This document shows positions 42,060 to 55,460 of a stretch of DNA of 64,000 nucleotides, piece after piece. Source of the DNA: the human T2T-CHM13v2.0 reference genome, Homo sapiens; the NCBI RefSeq assembly GCF_009914755.1, contig NC_060925.1. The stretch is one strand, 5' to 3'. The translations under genes were made by a program, and so were the position numbers. The first letter of the stretch is position 1. Each line of letters begins with the position of its first letter. The notes beneath the pieces were generated by a model. That model saw nothing but the letters and a program-made list of their open reading frames with translations. It was not told the DNA's origin and did not search any database.

Positions 42060-42163
42060 ATGCCTTTCATTTGATTGAGAGCAAAGATTATGCCTTTTAA
42101 AAACATACACACTCAATGTGTGGCCCCTAGTGGGTGGTCAATGATGTTTATGAATGAATAAAC
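42060..42163 (+). mobile_element. L2 3' end
   Basis: TGAGAGCAAAGATTATGCCTT...TAGTGGGTGGTCAATGATGTTTATGAATGAATAAA. Confidence 0.55.
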
Positions 42164-42758
42164 ATTTCTGCAACCTCATTAACAAAAAATGCAGAGTTTT
42201 TGCCTTTTGGAATTGTAAAATGCTATCAAATATAATTTTGGGTGAATACATTAAAACAATATGGGTATTCCACAAAGTTATTTATAATATTTTGAATAAA
42301 AATAAATATTTTGATCAGTTTTTAGGGAAAAAATTAATGCTGATACACCTGACTCTTTTCTAATAAATGGCAAAACTACAAAGCATTTGCTAGAAAGCAG
42401 AAGTCCCTAGATTAGCAAATACACAATGCATTGAATGCACCTTTTATAAAGGATTCTTTCAAAGATGTGGGTTACTGACACTTTTAAGTTGATGGGGGTA
42501 GATATTGTGTCTTACTGAGAGAAAGTTTCTCTATTTTAAATCACGTTGGAATTCAAAAAAAAAGAAAAAAAAATCAAAGTGAATTTTCCCCTTAGACTGG
42601 GCTAGTTATCTCACCTTTGGATAAGAAAAAAAAATTCCATTAGTAACAGGATCATTAAATAAAAGTACTAAATATAATCACTGAGCACTTTATATCCGCC
42701 TTATATTATTATTCTCAGGCAAATAGATGCCAACAAACAAGCAAATGCAGTTAGCTAA

Positions 42759-45065
42759 TGTATTAGTTCATTCTCACACTGCTATGCAGAAATACCAGAA
42801 ACTGGGTAATTTATGAAGAAATGAGGTTTAATTGACTCAGTTCTGCATGGCTGGGGAGGCCTTAGGAAACTTACAATCATGGCAGAAGGCACATTTTCGC
42901 AGGGCAGGAGCAGACAGAATGAGTGCTGAACAAAGGGCAATAGCCCTTTATAAAACCATCAGATCTCATGAGAACTCACTACCACAACAACGGCATGGGG
43001 GTAACTGCCCCCATGATTCAGTTACCTCCCACTGGGTCCTACCCATAACATGTGAGGATTATGGTAACTATAATTCAAGATGAGATTTGCGTGGGGACAC
43101 AACCAAACCATATCATTCTACCCTTAGCCTCTCCTGCATCTCATGTCTTCACATTTCAAAACACAATCATGCCTTTTCAACATTTCTCCAAAGTCTTAGC
43201 TCATTCCAGCATTAACCTGAAAGTCCAAGTCCAAAGTTTCCTATGAGACAAGGCAAGCCACTTCTGCTTATGAACCTGTAAAATCAAAAGCAAGTTAATT
43301 ACTTTCTAGATACAATAGAGGTATAGGCTTAGGGTATATGCTTCCATTCCAAATGGGAGAAATTGGCCAAAAGAAAGGAGCTGCAGGCCCCATGCAAGTC
43401 AGAAATCCAATAAGGAAGTAATTAAACCTGAAAGTTCCAAAATGATCTCCTTTGACTCCATGTCTTGCATTCATGTTATGGTGATGCAAGAGGTAGGCTC
43501 CCATGGCCTTGAGCAGATCTGCCCCTGTGGCTCTGCAAGGTACAGCTCACCATCCTGTCTGCTTTCACAGGCTGGCATTGCGTGTCTGCAGGTTTTCCAG
43601 TTGCACGGTGCAAGCTGTCAGTGGATCTACCATTCTGGGGTCTGGACGATGATGGTCCTCTTCTCATAGCTCCACTAGGCAGTGCCCCAGTGGGGACTCT
43701 GTGTGGTGGCTCCAACCACACGTTTCCCTTCTGCAGTGCCCTAGCAGAGGTTCTCCATGAGGGCTCTGCCCATGCAGCCTCTGCCTGGACATCCATGCAT
43801 TTTCATACATTCTTTGAAACCTAGGTGGAGGTTACTAATCTCAGTTCTTGTCTTCTGCACACCCACAGGACCAACACCACATGGAAGCTGCCAACGCTTA
43901 AGGCTTGCACCCTCTGAAGCAACGGCCTGAGCTGTCCTTTGGCCTCCTTTATCCACAGCTGGAATGCAGGGCTGGGGTGCTGGGCACCATGTCCCAAGGA
44001 TGCATACAGCAGGAAGGCCTGGCCCTGGCCCAGAAAACCATTTTCCCTCCTAGGTCTCCAGGCCTGTGATAGGAGGTGCTGCTGTGAAGACCTCTGACAT
44101 GCCCTGGAAACATTTTCTCCATTGTCTTGGCAATTAACATTTGGCTCTTCTTTACTTATGCAAATTTATGCAGCAGGCTTGAATTTCTACTCAGAAAATG
44201 GATTTTTATTTTTCTATTGCATCATCAGGCTGCAAATTTTCCAAAATTGTATGCTTTGCCTCCTCTTGAACACTTTGCCGCTTAGAAATTTTTTTCTGCC
44301 AGATACCCTAAATCATCTCTCAAGTTCAAAGTTCCACAGATCTCTAGGGGAGGCATGAACTGTTGCCAGTCTCATTGCATAGCAACAGTGACCTTTAATC
44401 AAGTTCCCAATAAGTTCCAAAACTCCATCTGAGACCACCTCAGCCTGGACTTCATTGTCAGTATCACTATGAGCATTTTGGTGTAAGCTATTCAACAAGT
44501 CTCTAGGAAGTTCCAAGCTTACCCACATCTTTCTTCTGAGCCCTCTAAGTCTCTAGGAAATTCCAAACTTTCCCAAATATTACTGTCTTCTTCTGAGCCC
44601 ACCAGACTCTTCCAAATTCTGCCTGTTACCCAGTTCCAAAGTCACTTCCACATTTTCAGATATATTTATAGCAGCACCCAACTCGCTGCAGTACCAATTT
44701 ACTATATTAGTTTGTTCTCACCCTGATATAAGGACATACCTGAGACCATGTAATTTATGAAAAGAAAGAGGTTTAATTGACTCACAGTTTCGCATGGCTT
44801 GGGAGGCCTCAGGAAACTTACCATCATGGTGGGAGCATCTCTTCACAGAGTGGGAGGAGAGAGAATAAGTGTCAAGCAAAGAGGAAAAAACCCCTTATAA
44901 AACCATAAGATCTTGTGAGAACTCACTCACTACCATGAGAACAGCATGGGGGTAACTGCCCCCATGATTCAATTACCTCCCACTGGGTCCCTCTTATGAC
45001 ATGTGGGGTTATGGGAACTGTAACTCAATATTTGATTTGGGTAGGGACTCAGCCAAACCATATTA
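42759..45065 (-). mobile_element. Complete THE1 (THE1C-like) MaLR provirus: 3' LTR 42759-43115, internal 43116-44702, 5' LTR 44703-45065
   Basis: Two ~360-bp direct LTRs (T.TATTAGTT...CCAAACCATAT.A), THE1-int between them, 5-bp TSD GCTAA/GCCAA. Confidence 0.95.
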
Positions 45066-45119
45066 GCCAACAAATAAACATATTTTTCTGAACATCAGTC
45101 TGTATATTTAATAAAGTAT

Positions 45120-45370
45120 AGCATTAATTTATTTATAAAATAAATATTGAGTTTTTCTCTAATTTTCATCAGGCAGTATGCTAGGTACTGAAAATGAGAA
45201 AACAGTGATATACAGTACTGGTGAGATGGTTAATACATATGATAGAATCACTGAAATGCATGCAAAATTGATACCTGAACAATACTACTAATGATAATAA
45301 TAAGGTGCCTTGAGATTTTAATAAAGAAACAAAGAGATATTTACTTAGCCAAAGGTGTCAGAAATAGCCC
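45120..45370 (-). mobile_element. L2 3' fragment
   Basis: CATCAGGCAGTATGCTAGGTACTGAAAAT antisense L2 tail. Confidence 0.45.
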
Positions 45371-46509
45371 TGATACTTCACTTCTTTAAAGTGGTCAAAC
45401 TAAGATTATTTGCTTGTCAACTTGTTTCATATTTCACCAACCCAATTATATTTGAAAAATAAAAATAATTATTTTTGTAATTATGTATTACAATTATAAC
45501 AGCAAAAAACATGGACTTTATACTTCATTTTTTCTTCCCTTTATTACTTGAATACTGATTAAATCATTGATTACTATTTCAGCACCTTTTTATCTCTCCT
45601 TATACCTTACTATTTGTTAATCTTCAATTTTACTTATGAAATTTTCACCAAGTTCAGTATTCCCCAAACCTTCTGTGGTGAATAATCACTAAACCCTGCC
45701 TTCCAAGTCATAATGGGAAAATGATTTTGTAAAATGCAATAAAGTACTAGAAAAATAAAATTAAAAACAACGAAGACATATACATTTACATTCATTTTTA
45801 TTAGATGCAAGAGACATAGAAACATTAAATATATGCAGTACAAATAAGAATAAGAAGAAATAAGTATAAAATTTTATTTTACATATTGAACACAGAAAGT
45901 AGGCAAACAGTGATTAATATAATCATTTTCATAACTGATACATTTTGCTTTCTATAGTCATAATTAAAAAAATCAATGAGTCTCCACATTAAACACCTCT
46001 ATACACACACTGGATAGGCCCATTTGTCACACTAATACTCAAAATATTGATATGCACAGTATTTATCTAACATGTGCATATAGTGTGACAACTATAACTC
46101 AAATGTGTATGAAATCTTGCTTGTTAACTTATCTGTTAGGTCAATGACAGCACCAGTCCTATAAAAGAAACATATCTATCTAGAAATGATTTGTTTTAAT
46201 AACTCACATATTAGACTGCTTATTCTCATAGAAATATATTGATGAATAATGGGAGTGATTTTATAGCAATATTGTGATATTCATTTTGAAATTTTAAACA
46301 AAATGAGGCAAGTGTTGCTGAATTTTCACAATTCATCTTTATCTTCTATTTAGTTGAAATAATTTTCTTATTTAATTATAATTGATTGACGTGTCTATGT
46401 CAGAAATAAATACCAGATTTTATATGCTTTTAAGGTATAGTTGCCAAAGTGACCTTAAAATATTACAAATTAAAACGTGATCCTACTGCTGGTGTCTAGT
46501 AAGACTATT

Positions 46510-46642
46510 TTGCCACAAGCAGCTGTCAAATTACTATAGACATTTCCAGATGATTACTTTCAATTTCTTTTCTTATGTTAGTGCAATAACAAATTGTTTG
46601 TGGACTAGCAATAATCCACGAACCACACTTTGAATAGCACTG
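46510..46642 (-). mobile_element. hAT-Charlie (Charlie4-like) terminal fragment
   Basis: TGTCAAATTACTATA...TCCACGAACCACACTTTGAATAGCACTG terminus. Confidence 0.6.
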
Positions 46643-47409
46643 AGCTAGAATAAAGCCTCAGCTTAGTTTTTTCTTTCCATTATTGTACTGCTTTGAATGA
46701 TTATGAAATTGCAGCTAGAGTTTCATTTCATTCTCTAACTTCAAATTTTTCGAAGGCTTTGTAGATAACAAAGTGGCATCCCTTGAACATAGAACATAGA
46801 TATAAAATATATAGGACTTGTGCTTTATTAAAATAAGTTAGACAACAAACAAAACACATTTTATTATAACTTAGTGCCACTTTAACTCTTGACCAGGAAG
46901 AGAAGTAAACACCTTGGAAAGTACGTCAGTTTTTTTAATAAAGACATCCTTGAACTGTGCTGTTTGTTCCTGGAGGTGGGGACAGGAACAATCTAAGAAT
47001 GAAAAAATCTTTGTGCCATTAGTGGTTACAAATTTTCCATTATTACAATATAAATATTTTGATCAGCCAGATATACCACATTCCTCCATTTCTTCTTGCT
47101 CAATCTTCAGCCATGTCATCTCAATTTTTCATGTAAATTTTAATTATAGAAAATGGTGTAGAGCTTAAGTTAAGGAGTCAGTGATGGAACTCAATAAATG
47201 CAACAACAATTCTGCTTCTTCAAATTGGCTAATAAATATAAGCCAGGCTCAAATCATTTACCATTATGATTAATTACTCATTAGAACTACCTAATTTGTA
47301 AACTAAAAATTAAGGAAAATTGAACATCCGTCAAACACATACTTCCAAAAGTTGAGAGCATTTTGCTTTGGTGTTGAGGAGAAAATATACCAGCCTTCCT
47401 ACATCATAT

Positions 47410-47894
47410 TTATGCTGGGTACCTTTCATTTTTTCCATGAGATTTCTTCTCTAGCCTTCTATAAACCCATTTTGTGCTCCTCAAAGCAGCCTTTAAGGAC
47501 TGCGTAAATAAGCCGCCTTAGGGCCTTCTGGCTTCCTTGCTGTGTTTGGCCAATGAAAGGTATCTTCAGGAGAAGATAAAGGAGAGTGAGAATTAATTAT
47601 TTATAACTTGTCTTTTTATCTTCCATGTCACCATGGGCTGGCTGCATCACCTGATTGCTCCTGTCAAACAATCTTCTGTACAGAACTTACTTTTGCTCAA
47701 TGTTCCAATAATTGCTTCCTGTTCTTTCCCCTTTGGGCATGGTAATAATGTCCTACTAAATTAGTAGTACATAATAATGGATTCTTTATTTTGGTTCCCT
47801 ATACTCTTCCAACAATGTGTATATAGTTAAATATTCCATGAATCCCTCGATTCGATTATGCCATCTATGCTCTGCCAGGCCACTGACTGATACA
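47410..47894 (+). mobile_element. LTR33-like ERVL solo LTR
   Basis: CCTTCTGGCTTCC...TTTGGCCAATG...CAGGAGA; ends ATGCCATCT.TG...GCCAGG...CTGACTGATACA. Confidence 0.75.
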
Positions 47895-47999
47895 ATAATT
47901 AGTATGAGGTGTGGCTTTGGGAAAAATAAAAATTCAAAATTGGGTTATATATTTGAGTTTCATACACTTTAAGATCACATAAATACATTTCTTATGAAT

Positions 48000-48471
48000 C
48001 GGTCTAAAGCCATGATGATGCAAACAATGTGGGATTGGCCCAAGTATAGAAAAGCAGACCCACAAAAAAGAGTCAAGACATTGAACAAGATATATACAGT
48101 CATCTGCTTTATGACAAGGAGCCACTGAAATTCAGTAAGAATGGCCTTTATAATAAATTCTGCTGAGAAAAAGTGATATCTTATAGACGAAAATAAGACC
48201 TGACCCCTTCTTATTTCCTCACACAAACAATTAAGAGGAATCACAGACTTAAATGTGAAAGGTTAAAAATAAAGCTTCCATAAAAAGGCATTGGAAAATA
48301 TCATGACTTTATGTAGGAAAATATTTTGAATATGTAATATAAAGCACCATATGAAATTAAAAAATAAGTTTGGCATTGGTAGAACATAGTTGGAATGCAT
48401 AAATCAGGAGAAAATAAACTGGCTTATATGTTTATAAAGAACTCCTACAAATCAAAACCCAAATGTCTGAC
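48000..48471 (+). mobile_element. Old L1ME ORF2 fragment (left part)
   Basis: TCATCTGCTTTATGACAAGG, ACAGACTTAAATGTGAAAGG, ATAAAGAACTCCTACAAATCAA; resumes at 55461. Confidence 0.75.
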
Positions 48472-48664
48472 TGTGGTGGTTAGTTTTATGTGTCAACATG
48501 GCTAGAACATAGTACCCAATTACTTAATCAAACACAAATCTAGGTGTTTTGTAGGTTTTGTAGAACTGTTAATTTCTACAATCAGTTGAAGTAAAATAAG
48601 TTACCCTCAATAATGTGAGCAAGCTTCTTCTAATCAGTCTTTAACAGTAGGAACTGTGACTCTA

Positions 48665-51600
48665 GGCATCATGGCGATGGGAGGCAGGACTAGATTGCAG
48701 CTTCTACTCCGGTGGACAGAGCAGTGTGCGGAGGCTTGCATGGTGAATTTTAGCTACAGAATAACCGCAGGAATAAATCAGGAAACCTGAGAAGACCTAC
48801 AGACTCTGAAGAAAGTATATTGCTCCCGCAGGACCTGGGAGACACCCCAAATACGCTGGGAGGTGGGTAGCCTGGAGCAAGTTCTCATCCCTGCTTGCCC
48901 ACTGCCTGGAAACAGACTTGGTGCTGTTAGCAGGGGCAAGGGAGTGAGACCAGCCCTTCAGATTGCATGGGAGCTGGGTGAGGTCTGTGACTGCTGGCTT
49001 TCCCCCCACTTCCCTGACAACCGGCATGACTTAGCAGAGGCAGCCACAATTCTTCTAGGTGCATAATTCTATTGACCTGGGAATCTCATACTTACCCCCA
49101 CAGCAGCTGCAGCAAGACCCACCCAAGGAGTGTCTGAGCTCAGACATGCCTAGCCCTGCCCCCACTTGATGGTCCTTCTCTACCCACTCTGGTAACTGAA
49201 CACAAAGGGCATATACTCTTGGGAGTTCTAGGGCCCACGCACTGCCAGTTCCTCTCCATACTGCCACAGCTGATGCTCTCTGGAAAGTGTCACTTCCCAG
49301 CAGGAGGCCAACCAGCACAAAAATAGAGCATGAAACCAACAAAGCTCACAACCCTCACAGAGTCCATTTCACCCCACTGCCACCTCCACTGGAACAGGTG
49401 CTGGTATCCACAGCTGAGAGACCCAGAGATGGTTCACATCACAGGACTCTCTGAAGATAACCCCTAGTACCAGCCCAGAGCCTGGTAGACTTGCTGGATG
49501 GCTAGACCCAGAAGAGAGATAACAATCACTGCAGCTGGGCTCTTAGGAAGCCACATCCTTAGGAAAAGGTGGAGAGTACTACATCAAGGGAACACCTCGT
49601 GGGACAAAAGAATCAGAACAACAGTCTTCGGCCCTAGACCTTCCCTCTGACAGAGCCTACCTAAATGAGAAGGAACCAGAAAACCAACTCTGGTAACATG
49701 ACAAAACAAGGCTCTTTAACACCCCCCAAAAATCACACTAGCTCACCAGCAATGGACCCAAACTGAGAAGAAATCCCTGATTTACCTGAAAAAGAATTCA
49801 GGAGGTTAGTTAAACAAAGGAAAAAGAATAAGAAAATATGAACAAAGCCTCCAAGAAGCCTGGAATTATGTTAAACGACCAAACCTAAGAATATTCAGCA
49901 TTCCTGAGAAAGAAAAGAAATCTAAAAGTCTGGAAAACGTATTTGGGGGAATAATAGAGATAAACTTCCCTGACCTTGCTAGAGACCTAGACATCCAAAT
50001 ATAAGAAGCACAAAGAGCATCTGGGAAATTCATTGCAAAAAGATCATCACCTAGGCACATTGTCATCAGGTTATCTAAAGTTAAGACAAAGGAAAGAATC
50101 TCAAGAGCTGTGAGACAGAAGTATCAGGTAATCTATAAAAGAAAACCTATCAGATTAACAGCAGATTTCACAGCAGAAACTCTACAAGCTAGAAGAGATG
50201 GGGGCCCTATCTTCAGCCTCCTCAAACTAAACAATTATCAGGCAAGAGTTTTGTATCCAGTGAAACTAAGCATCCATCATATATGAAAGAAAGATAACAG
50301 TCTTTTTCAGACAAACAAATGCTGACAGAATTTGCCAATACAAAGCCACCACTACAAGAACTGCTAAAAGGAGCTCTAAATCTTGAAACAAATCCTGGAA
50401 ACACATCAAAACAGAACTCTTTTAAAGAGTAAATCTCACAGGACCTATAAAACAAAAATACAATTTAAAAACAAAAACAAAAATCCAAGGCACACAGGCA
50501 ACAAATAGCACAATGAATGAAATGTCACATCTCAATACTAACATTGAACATAAATGGCCTAAATGCTCCACTTAAAAGATACAGAACTGTGTAATGGAGA
50601 AGAATTTACCAACCAACTATTTGCTTCCTTCAAGAGACTCACCTAGCATGTAAGGACTCACGTAAAATCAAACGGGTGGAAAAAGGCATTTCATACAAAT
50701 GGACGCTAGAAGCAAGAAGGAGTAGCTATTCATATGTCAGAAAAAAAACAAACTTTAAACTAACAGCAGTTAAAAAAGACTAAGGGGGACATTATATAAT
50801 GGTAAAAGGCCTTGTCCAACAGGAAAATATCACAATCTTAAACATATATATGCACCTAACACTGGAGGTCACCAATTTATAAAACAATTACAAATGGACT
50901 TAAGAAATGAGATAGCAGCACAATAATAGTGGAGGACTTCAATACTCCACTGACAGCACCAGACAGGTAATCAAGACAGGACGTCAACAAAGAAACAATG
51001 GATTTAAACTATACCTTAGTACAAATGAACTTAACAGATATATACAGAACATTCCATCTAACAACTGCAGGATACACATTGTATTGAACAGCATGTGGAA
51101 CTTTCTCCAAGATAGAACATGTGATAGATCACAAAATGAGCCTCAATACATTTGAAAAAAAAATGAAATTATATCAAGCATTCTCTCAGACCACAGTGAA
51201 ATAAAACTGAAATTCAACCCCAGAAGGGACTTTCAAAACCATGCAAATACATGGAAATTAAATAACCTTCTCCTGAATGATCACTGGGTCAGAAACAAAA
51301 TCAAGATGGAAATTAAAACATTTTTTGAACTGAATGACAATTGTGACACGACCATCAAAACCAAAGGCGGTGCTAAGATGAAAGTTCATAGCCCTAAATG
51401 CCTACATCAGAAAGATTGAAAATGCACAAACTAACAATCTAAGGTAACATCTCAAGGAACTAGAGAAACAAGAAAAAAACAAACTCAAACTCAGCAGAAT
51501 AAAGGAAATTACCAAGATCAGAGCAGAACTAAATAAAGTTGAAACAAACGAACAAACAAAAAAATACAGAAGATACATGAAACAAAAAGCTGGTTCTTTG

Positions 51601-54516
51601 AAAAGATAAATAAAATTGATAGACCGTTAGCAAGATTAACTGAGAAAAGAAGAGAGAAAATCCAAATAGCCTGAATAATACATGAAATGGGAGATACTAC
51701 AACTGACACCATAGACATACAAAAGATGATTCAAGGCTACTATGAACACCTTCACACACATAAACTAGAAAACCTTAAAGAGATGGTTAATTTCCTGGAA
51801 AGATATAACCCTCCTAGCTTAAATAAGGAAGAATTAGATACTCTAAACAGACCAAAAACAAGTAGAGAGATTGAAATGGTAATTTAAAAATTACCAACAA
51901 AAAGAAGTCAAGGACCAGACAGATTCACAGCGGAATTCTACCAGACATTTAAAGAAGAATTAGTACCAATCCTATTGACACTATTCCACAAGACAGAGAA
52001 AGAGGGAACCCTCCCTAATTTATTTGATGAAGCCAGCATCACACTAATACCAAAACCAGGAAAAGACATAACAAAAAAGAACACTACAGATAGGTATCCC
52101 TGATGAACATAGATGCTAAAATTCTTAACAAAATACTAGGTAACTGAATCCACCAACATATCAAAAAGATAATCCACCATGATCAAGTGGGTTTCATACC
52201 AGGCATGTAGGGATGGTTTAACATACACAAGTCAATAAATGTGATACACCACATAAACCAGAATTAAAAACAAAAATCACATGATCATCTCGATAGATGC
52301 AGAAAAAGCATTCGACAAAATCCAGCATCCCTTTATAATTAAAACTCTCAGCAAAATTGGCATACAAGGGACATACTTCAATGTAATAAAAGCTATCTAA
52401 GACAAACCCACAGCCAACATAATATTGAATGGGGAAAAGTTGAAAGTATTCCCTCTGAGAACTGGAAAAAGACAAGGATACCCACTTTTACCACTCCTCT
52501 TCTACATAGTACTAGAAGTCCTAGAGCTATCAGACAAGAAAAAGAAATAAAGAGCATCCAAATCAGTAAAGAAAAACTCAAACTGTCACTGTTTGTTGAT
52601 GATATGATCGTTTACCTCGAAAACGCTAAAGATTCCTCCAGAAAGCTCCTAGAACTGATAAAAGAATTCAGCAAAGTTCCTGGATACAAAGTTAATGTAC
52701 AAAAATTAGTAGCTCTTCTATACACCAACAGCAACCAAGTGGAGAATAAAATAAAGAACTTTTACAGTAGTTGCAAAAAAAAAAAAAATACTTAGGAATA
52801 TACCTAGCCAAGGAGGTGAAAGACGTCTACAAGGAAAACTACAAAACACTGTTGGAATAAGTAATAGATGACATATAAAAAATGGAAAGACATCCCATGC
52901 TTATGGATGGGTAGAATCAATATTGTGAAAATGACCATACTGCCAAAAGCAATCTACAAATTCAATGCAATTCCTATCAAAATACCACTGTCATTCTTCA
53001 CAGAATTAAAAAAAAAATTCTAAAATTCATATGGAACTAGAAAAGAGCCCGCATAGCCAAAGAAAGACTAGGCAAAAAGAACAAATCTGGAGGCACCACA
53101 TTACCTGATTTCAAACTATATTATAAGGCCATAGTCACCAAAACAGCATGGCACTGGTATAAAAATAGGCACATAGACCAAAGAAACAGAATAGAGAACC
53201 CAGCAATAAACCCAAATACTTATAGCCACCTGATTTTCGACAAAGCAAACAAAATCATGAAGTGAGGAAGGACACCCTTCTCAACAATTGATCCTGAGAT
53301 AATTGGCTAGCCACATGTAGGAGGATGAAACTGGATCCTCATGTCTCACATTAAACAAAAATCAACTCAAGATGGATTAAGTACTTAAATCAAAGACATG
53401 AAACTATAAAAAATATAGAAGATGACATCAGAAAAACCTTTGTAGACATTGGCTTAGGCAAGGATTTCACGACCAAGAACCAAAAAGCAAATGCAATAAA
53501 AACAAAGATAAATAGCTAGGACTTTATTAAACTAAAAAGCTTTTGCATGGCAAAAGGAACAGTCAGCAGAGTAAAAAGACAACCCACAGAGTGGGAGAAA
53601 ATCTTCACAATCTACACATCTGACAAAAGACTAATATCCACAATCTACAATGAACTCAAATAAACAAGGAAAAAAACAAACAGTCCCATCAAAAAGTGTG
53701 CTAAGAACATGAATAGACAATTCTCAAAACAGGATGTACAAATGACCAACAAATGTATTAAAAAATGCTCAACATCACTAATGATCAGGGAAATGCAAAT
53801 TGAAACCGCAATGCAATACCACGTTACTCCTGCAAGAATGGCCATAATCAAAAAATTTAAAAAAACAGTAGATGTTGGCATGGATGTGGTGATCAGGAAA
53901 CACTTCAACACTGCTGGTGGGAATGTAAACTAGTACAACCACTATGGAAAACAGTGTGGAGATTCCTTAAAGAATGAAAAGTAGAACTACCATTTGATCC
54001 AGCAATCTCACTACTGGGTATCTACCCAGAGGAATATAAGTCATTATTCAAAAAAGATACTTAGACATGCATGTTTACAGCAGCATAATTCACAATTGCA
54101 AAATTGTAGAACCAACCCAAATGCCCATCAACCAAAGAGTTGTTAAATAAACTGTGGTATGTATATATATATATATATACACACACACACATATTAACAG
54201 TATTCGCAGCAACCTGGATGAGATTGGAGACTATTATTATAAGTAAAGTAACTCAGGAATGGAAAAGCAAACATTGTATGTTCTCACTGATATGTGGCTG
54301 CTAAGATATGAGGACACAAAGGCATAAGAATCATACAATGGACTTTCGGGACTTGTGGGATAGGCTGTGAGGTGGATGAGAGATAAAAGACTACAAATAG
54401 TGTGTAGCGTATACTGCTTGGGTGATGCTTGCACCAAAATCTCGCAGGTCACCACTAAAAAACTCATGTAACCAAACACCACCTCTACCCCAATAACCTA
54501 TAAAAATAAATAAATA
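48665..54516 (+). mobile_element. Near full-length L1PB (L1PB1/L1PBa-type 5'UTR), inactive
   Basis: 5'UTR GGGAGGCAGGACTAGATTGCAGC; ORF1 from about 49665; ORF2 about 50513-54304; 3'UTR CTCATGTAACCAAACACCACC; TSD AACTGTGA(C/T)TCTA (48652-64, 54517-29). Confidence 0.95.
50513..54304 (+). pseudogene. L1 ORF2 (endonuclease / reverse transcriptase), disrupted
   Basis: [23 protein letters not shown] (FADD changed to FVDD), [13 protein letters not shown]; many stops and frameshifts. Confidence 0.92.
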
Positions 54517-54744
54517 AACTGTGATTCTAAGTGCAACAATGTAAAAAGAAAAAAAAATGTAAAAACTGAGTTTGTTCTGAAAAAATAATTCTGCCTCAAC
54601 ACTACAGAATCATTATTTGCCTGAGTTTTTCATCCTGCCAAACTGCCCTATAAATTTCAGACTTTTCAGCCCCTGCAATTATATAATACATTTTCTCTGA
54701 AGAAACATATTTCTCTGGAGAGAACTATCTAAGAAGTTATTATA

Positions 54745-55122
54745 GTAGAGACTCTGAATATTTAATCAAGGAATACCAAGTTACCACGCAAGTTGCCTGT
54801 TATGAACTAGGTATTGTTTTACTCATGAAGATGTACAATTCAGCATGTGCAGAAGCACTCCATCATTGAATCAAAGCAGTATATACAAGATCAGGCTCCA
54901 ACAGCCCCTGAAGGCACAAATAAGTTACCTAAGGAAGTGGCCCAAATGACCGTAGCCCCCAGTCTTGCTATATTACCTTCTTTCTCTCAGCCTGTACCTA
55001 TACCATCATTGGGAGTTCTCTACGATTAGTTTACTAAGGAAAGGAAAACACAAACCTGGTTTCCAGATGCTTCTGTATGATATGCAGCCACTACTTAACA
55101 GTGGACACCTGCAGCACTACAG
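54745..55122 (+). mobile_element. ERVL pol fragment (tether / RNase H start)
   Basis: QKHSIIESKQYIQDQAPTAPEGTNKLPKEVAQM...GVLYD*FTKERKTQTWFPDAS...WTPAALQ resembles ERVL pol. Confidence 0.85.
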
Positions 55123-55124
55123 AT

Positions 55125-55460
55125 AACAGTGGTGAATTGTACAATTAGTTGATTTTAAGGAAAGGAGATAACCTTTGATAATATGAGTGGGCCTCATGTA
55201 ATCAGTCAAAAGCCTTTAGAGTATAAACTAAGGTTTCCTAGAAAAGAATGAATTCTGCCTAGAAATTGATGTATATAAATCCTGCATAAGTTTCCAGCTT
55301 GCCAGCCTGTCCTACACATTTCAGATTCATCAGTCCTCACAATCACCTGAGCCAATTCCTTAACATAAATCTCCTAATATATATGTGTGTGTGTGTGTGT
55401 GTGCGCACGTGCGCGCACGCACACACACATTCTGTTCCCCTGAAGAATCCTGCCTAACAA
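55125..55460 (+). mobile_element. MLT2D-like 3' LTR, 5'-truncated
   Basis: GGGCCTCATGTAATCAGT...GAATTCTGCCT...GAGCCAATTCCTTAA...TTCTGTTCCCCTGAAGAATCCTG. Confidence 0.8.
55377..55430. repeat. Alternating purine-pyrimidine tract (TA)n(TG)n-CG-rich-(CA)n
   Basis: 54 bp of uninterrupted R/Y alternation. Confidence 0.9.

Larger units (their letters stand above)
48472..54735 (+). mobile_element. MLT2D-like ERVL 5' LTR, split by L1PB (48472-48640 and about 54560-54735)
   Basis: TGTGGTGGTTAGTTTTATGTGTCAAC start; AATTCTGCCTCAA...CTGCCCTATAAATTTCAGACTT...TTTCTCTGGAGA end. Confidence 0.8.

Noticed and set aside
44500-44610. ~50-bp duplication in the THE1 internal region
   Set aside because: As I recall, it is a feature of the THE1C-int consensus and so probably not locus-specific (unverified).
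48665-54516. Active L1
   Set aside because: Old L1PB subfamily, ORF1 deletion, many stops and frameshifts.
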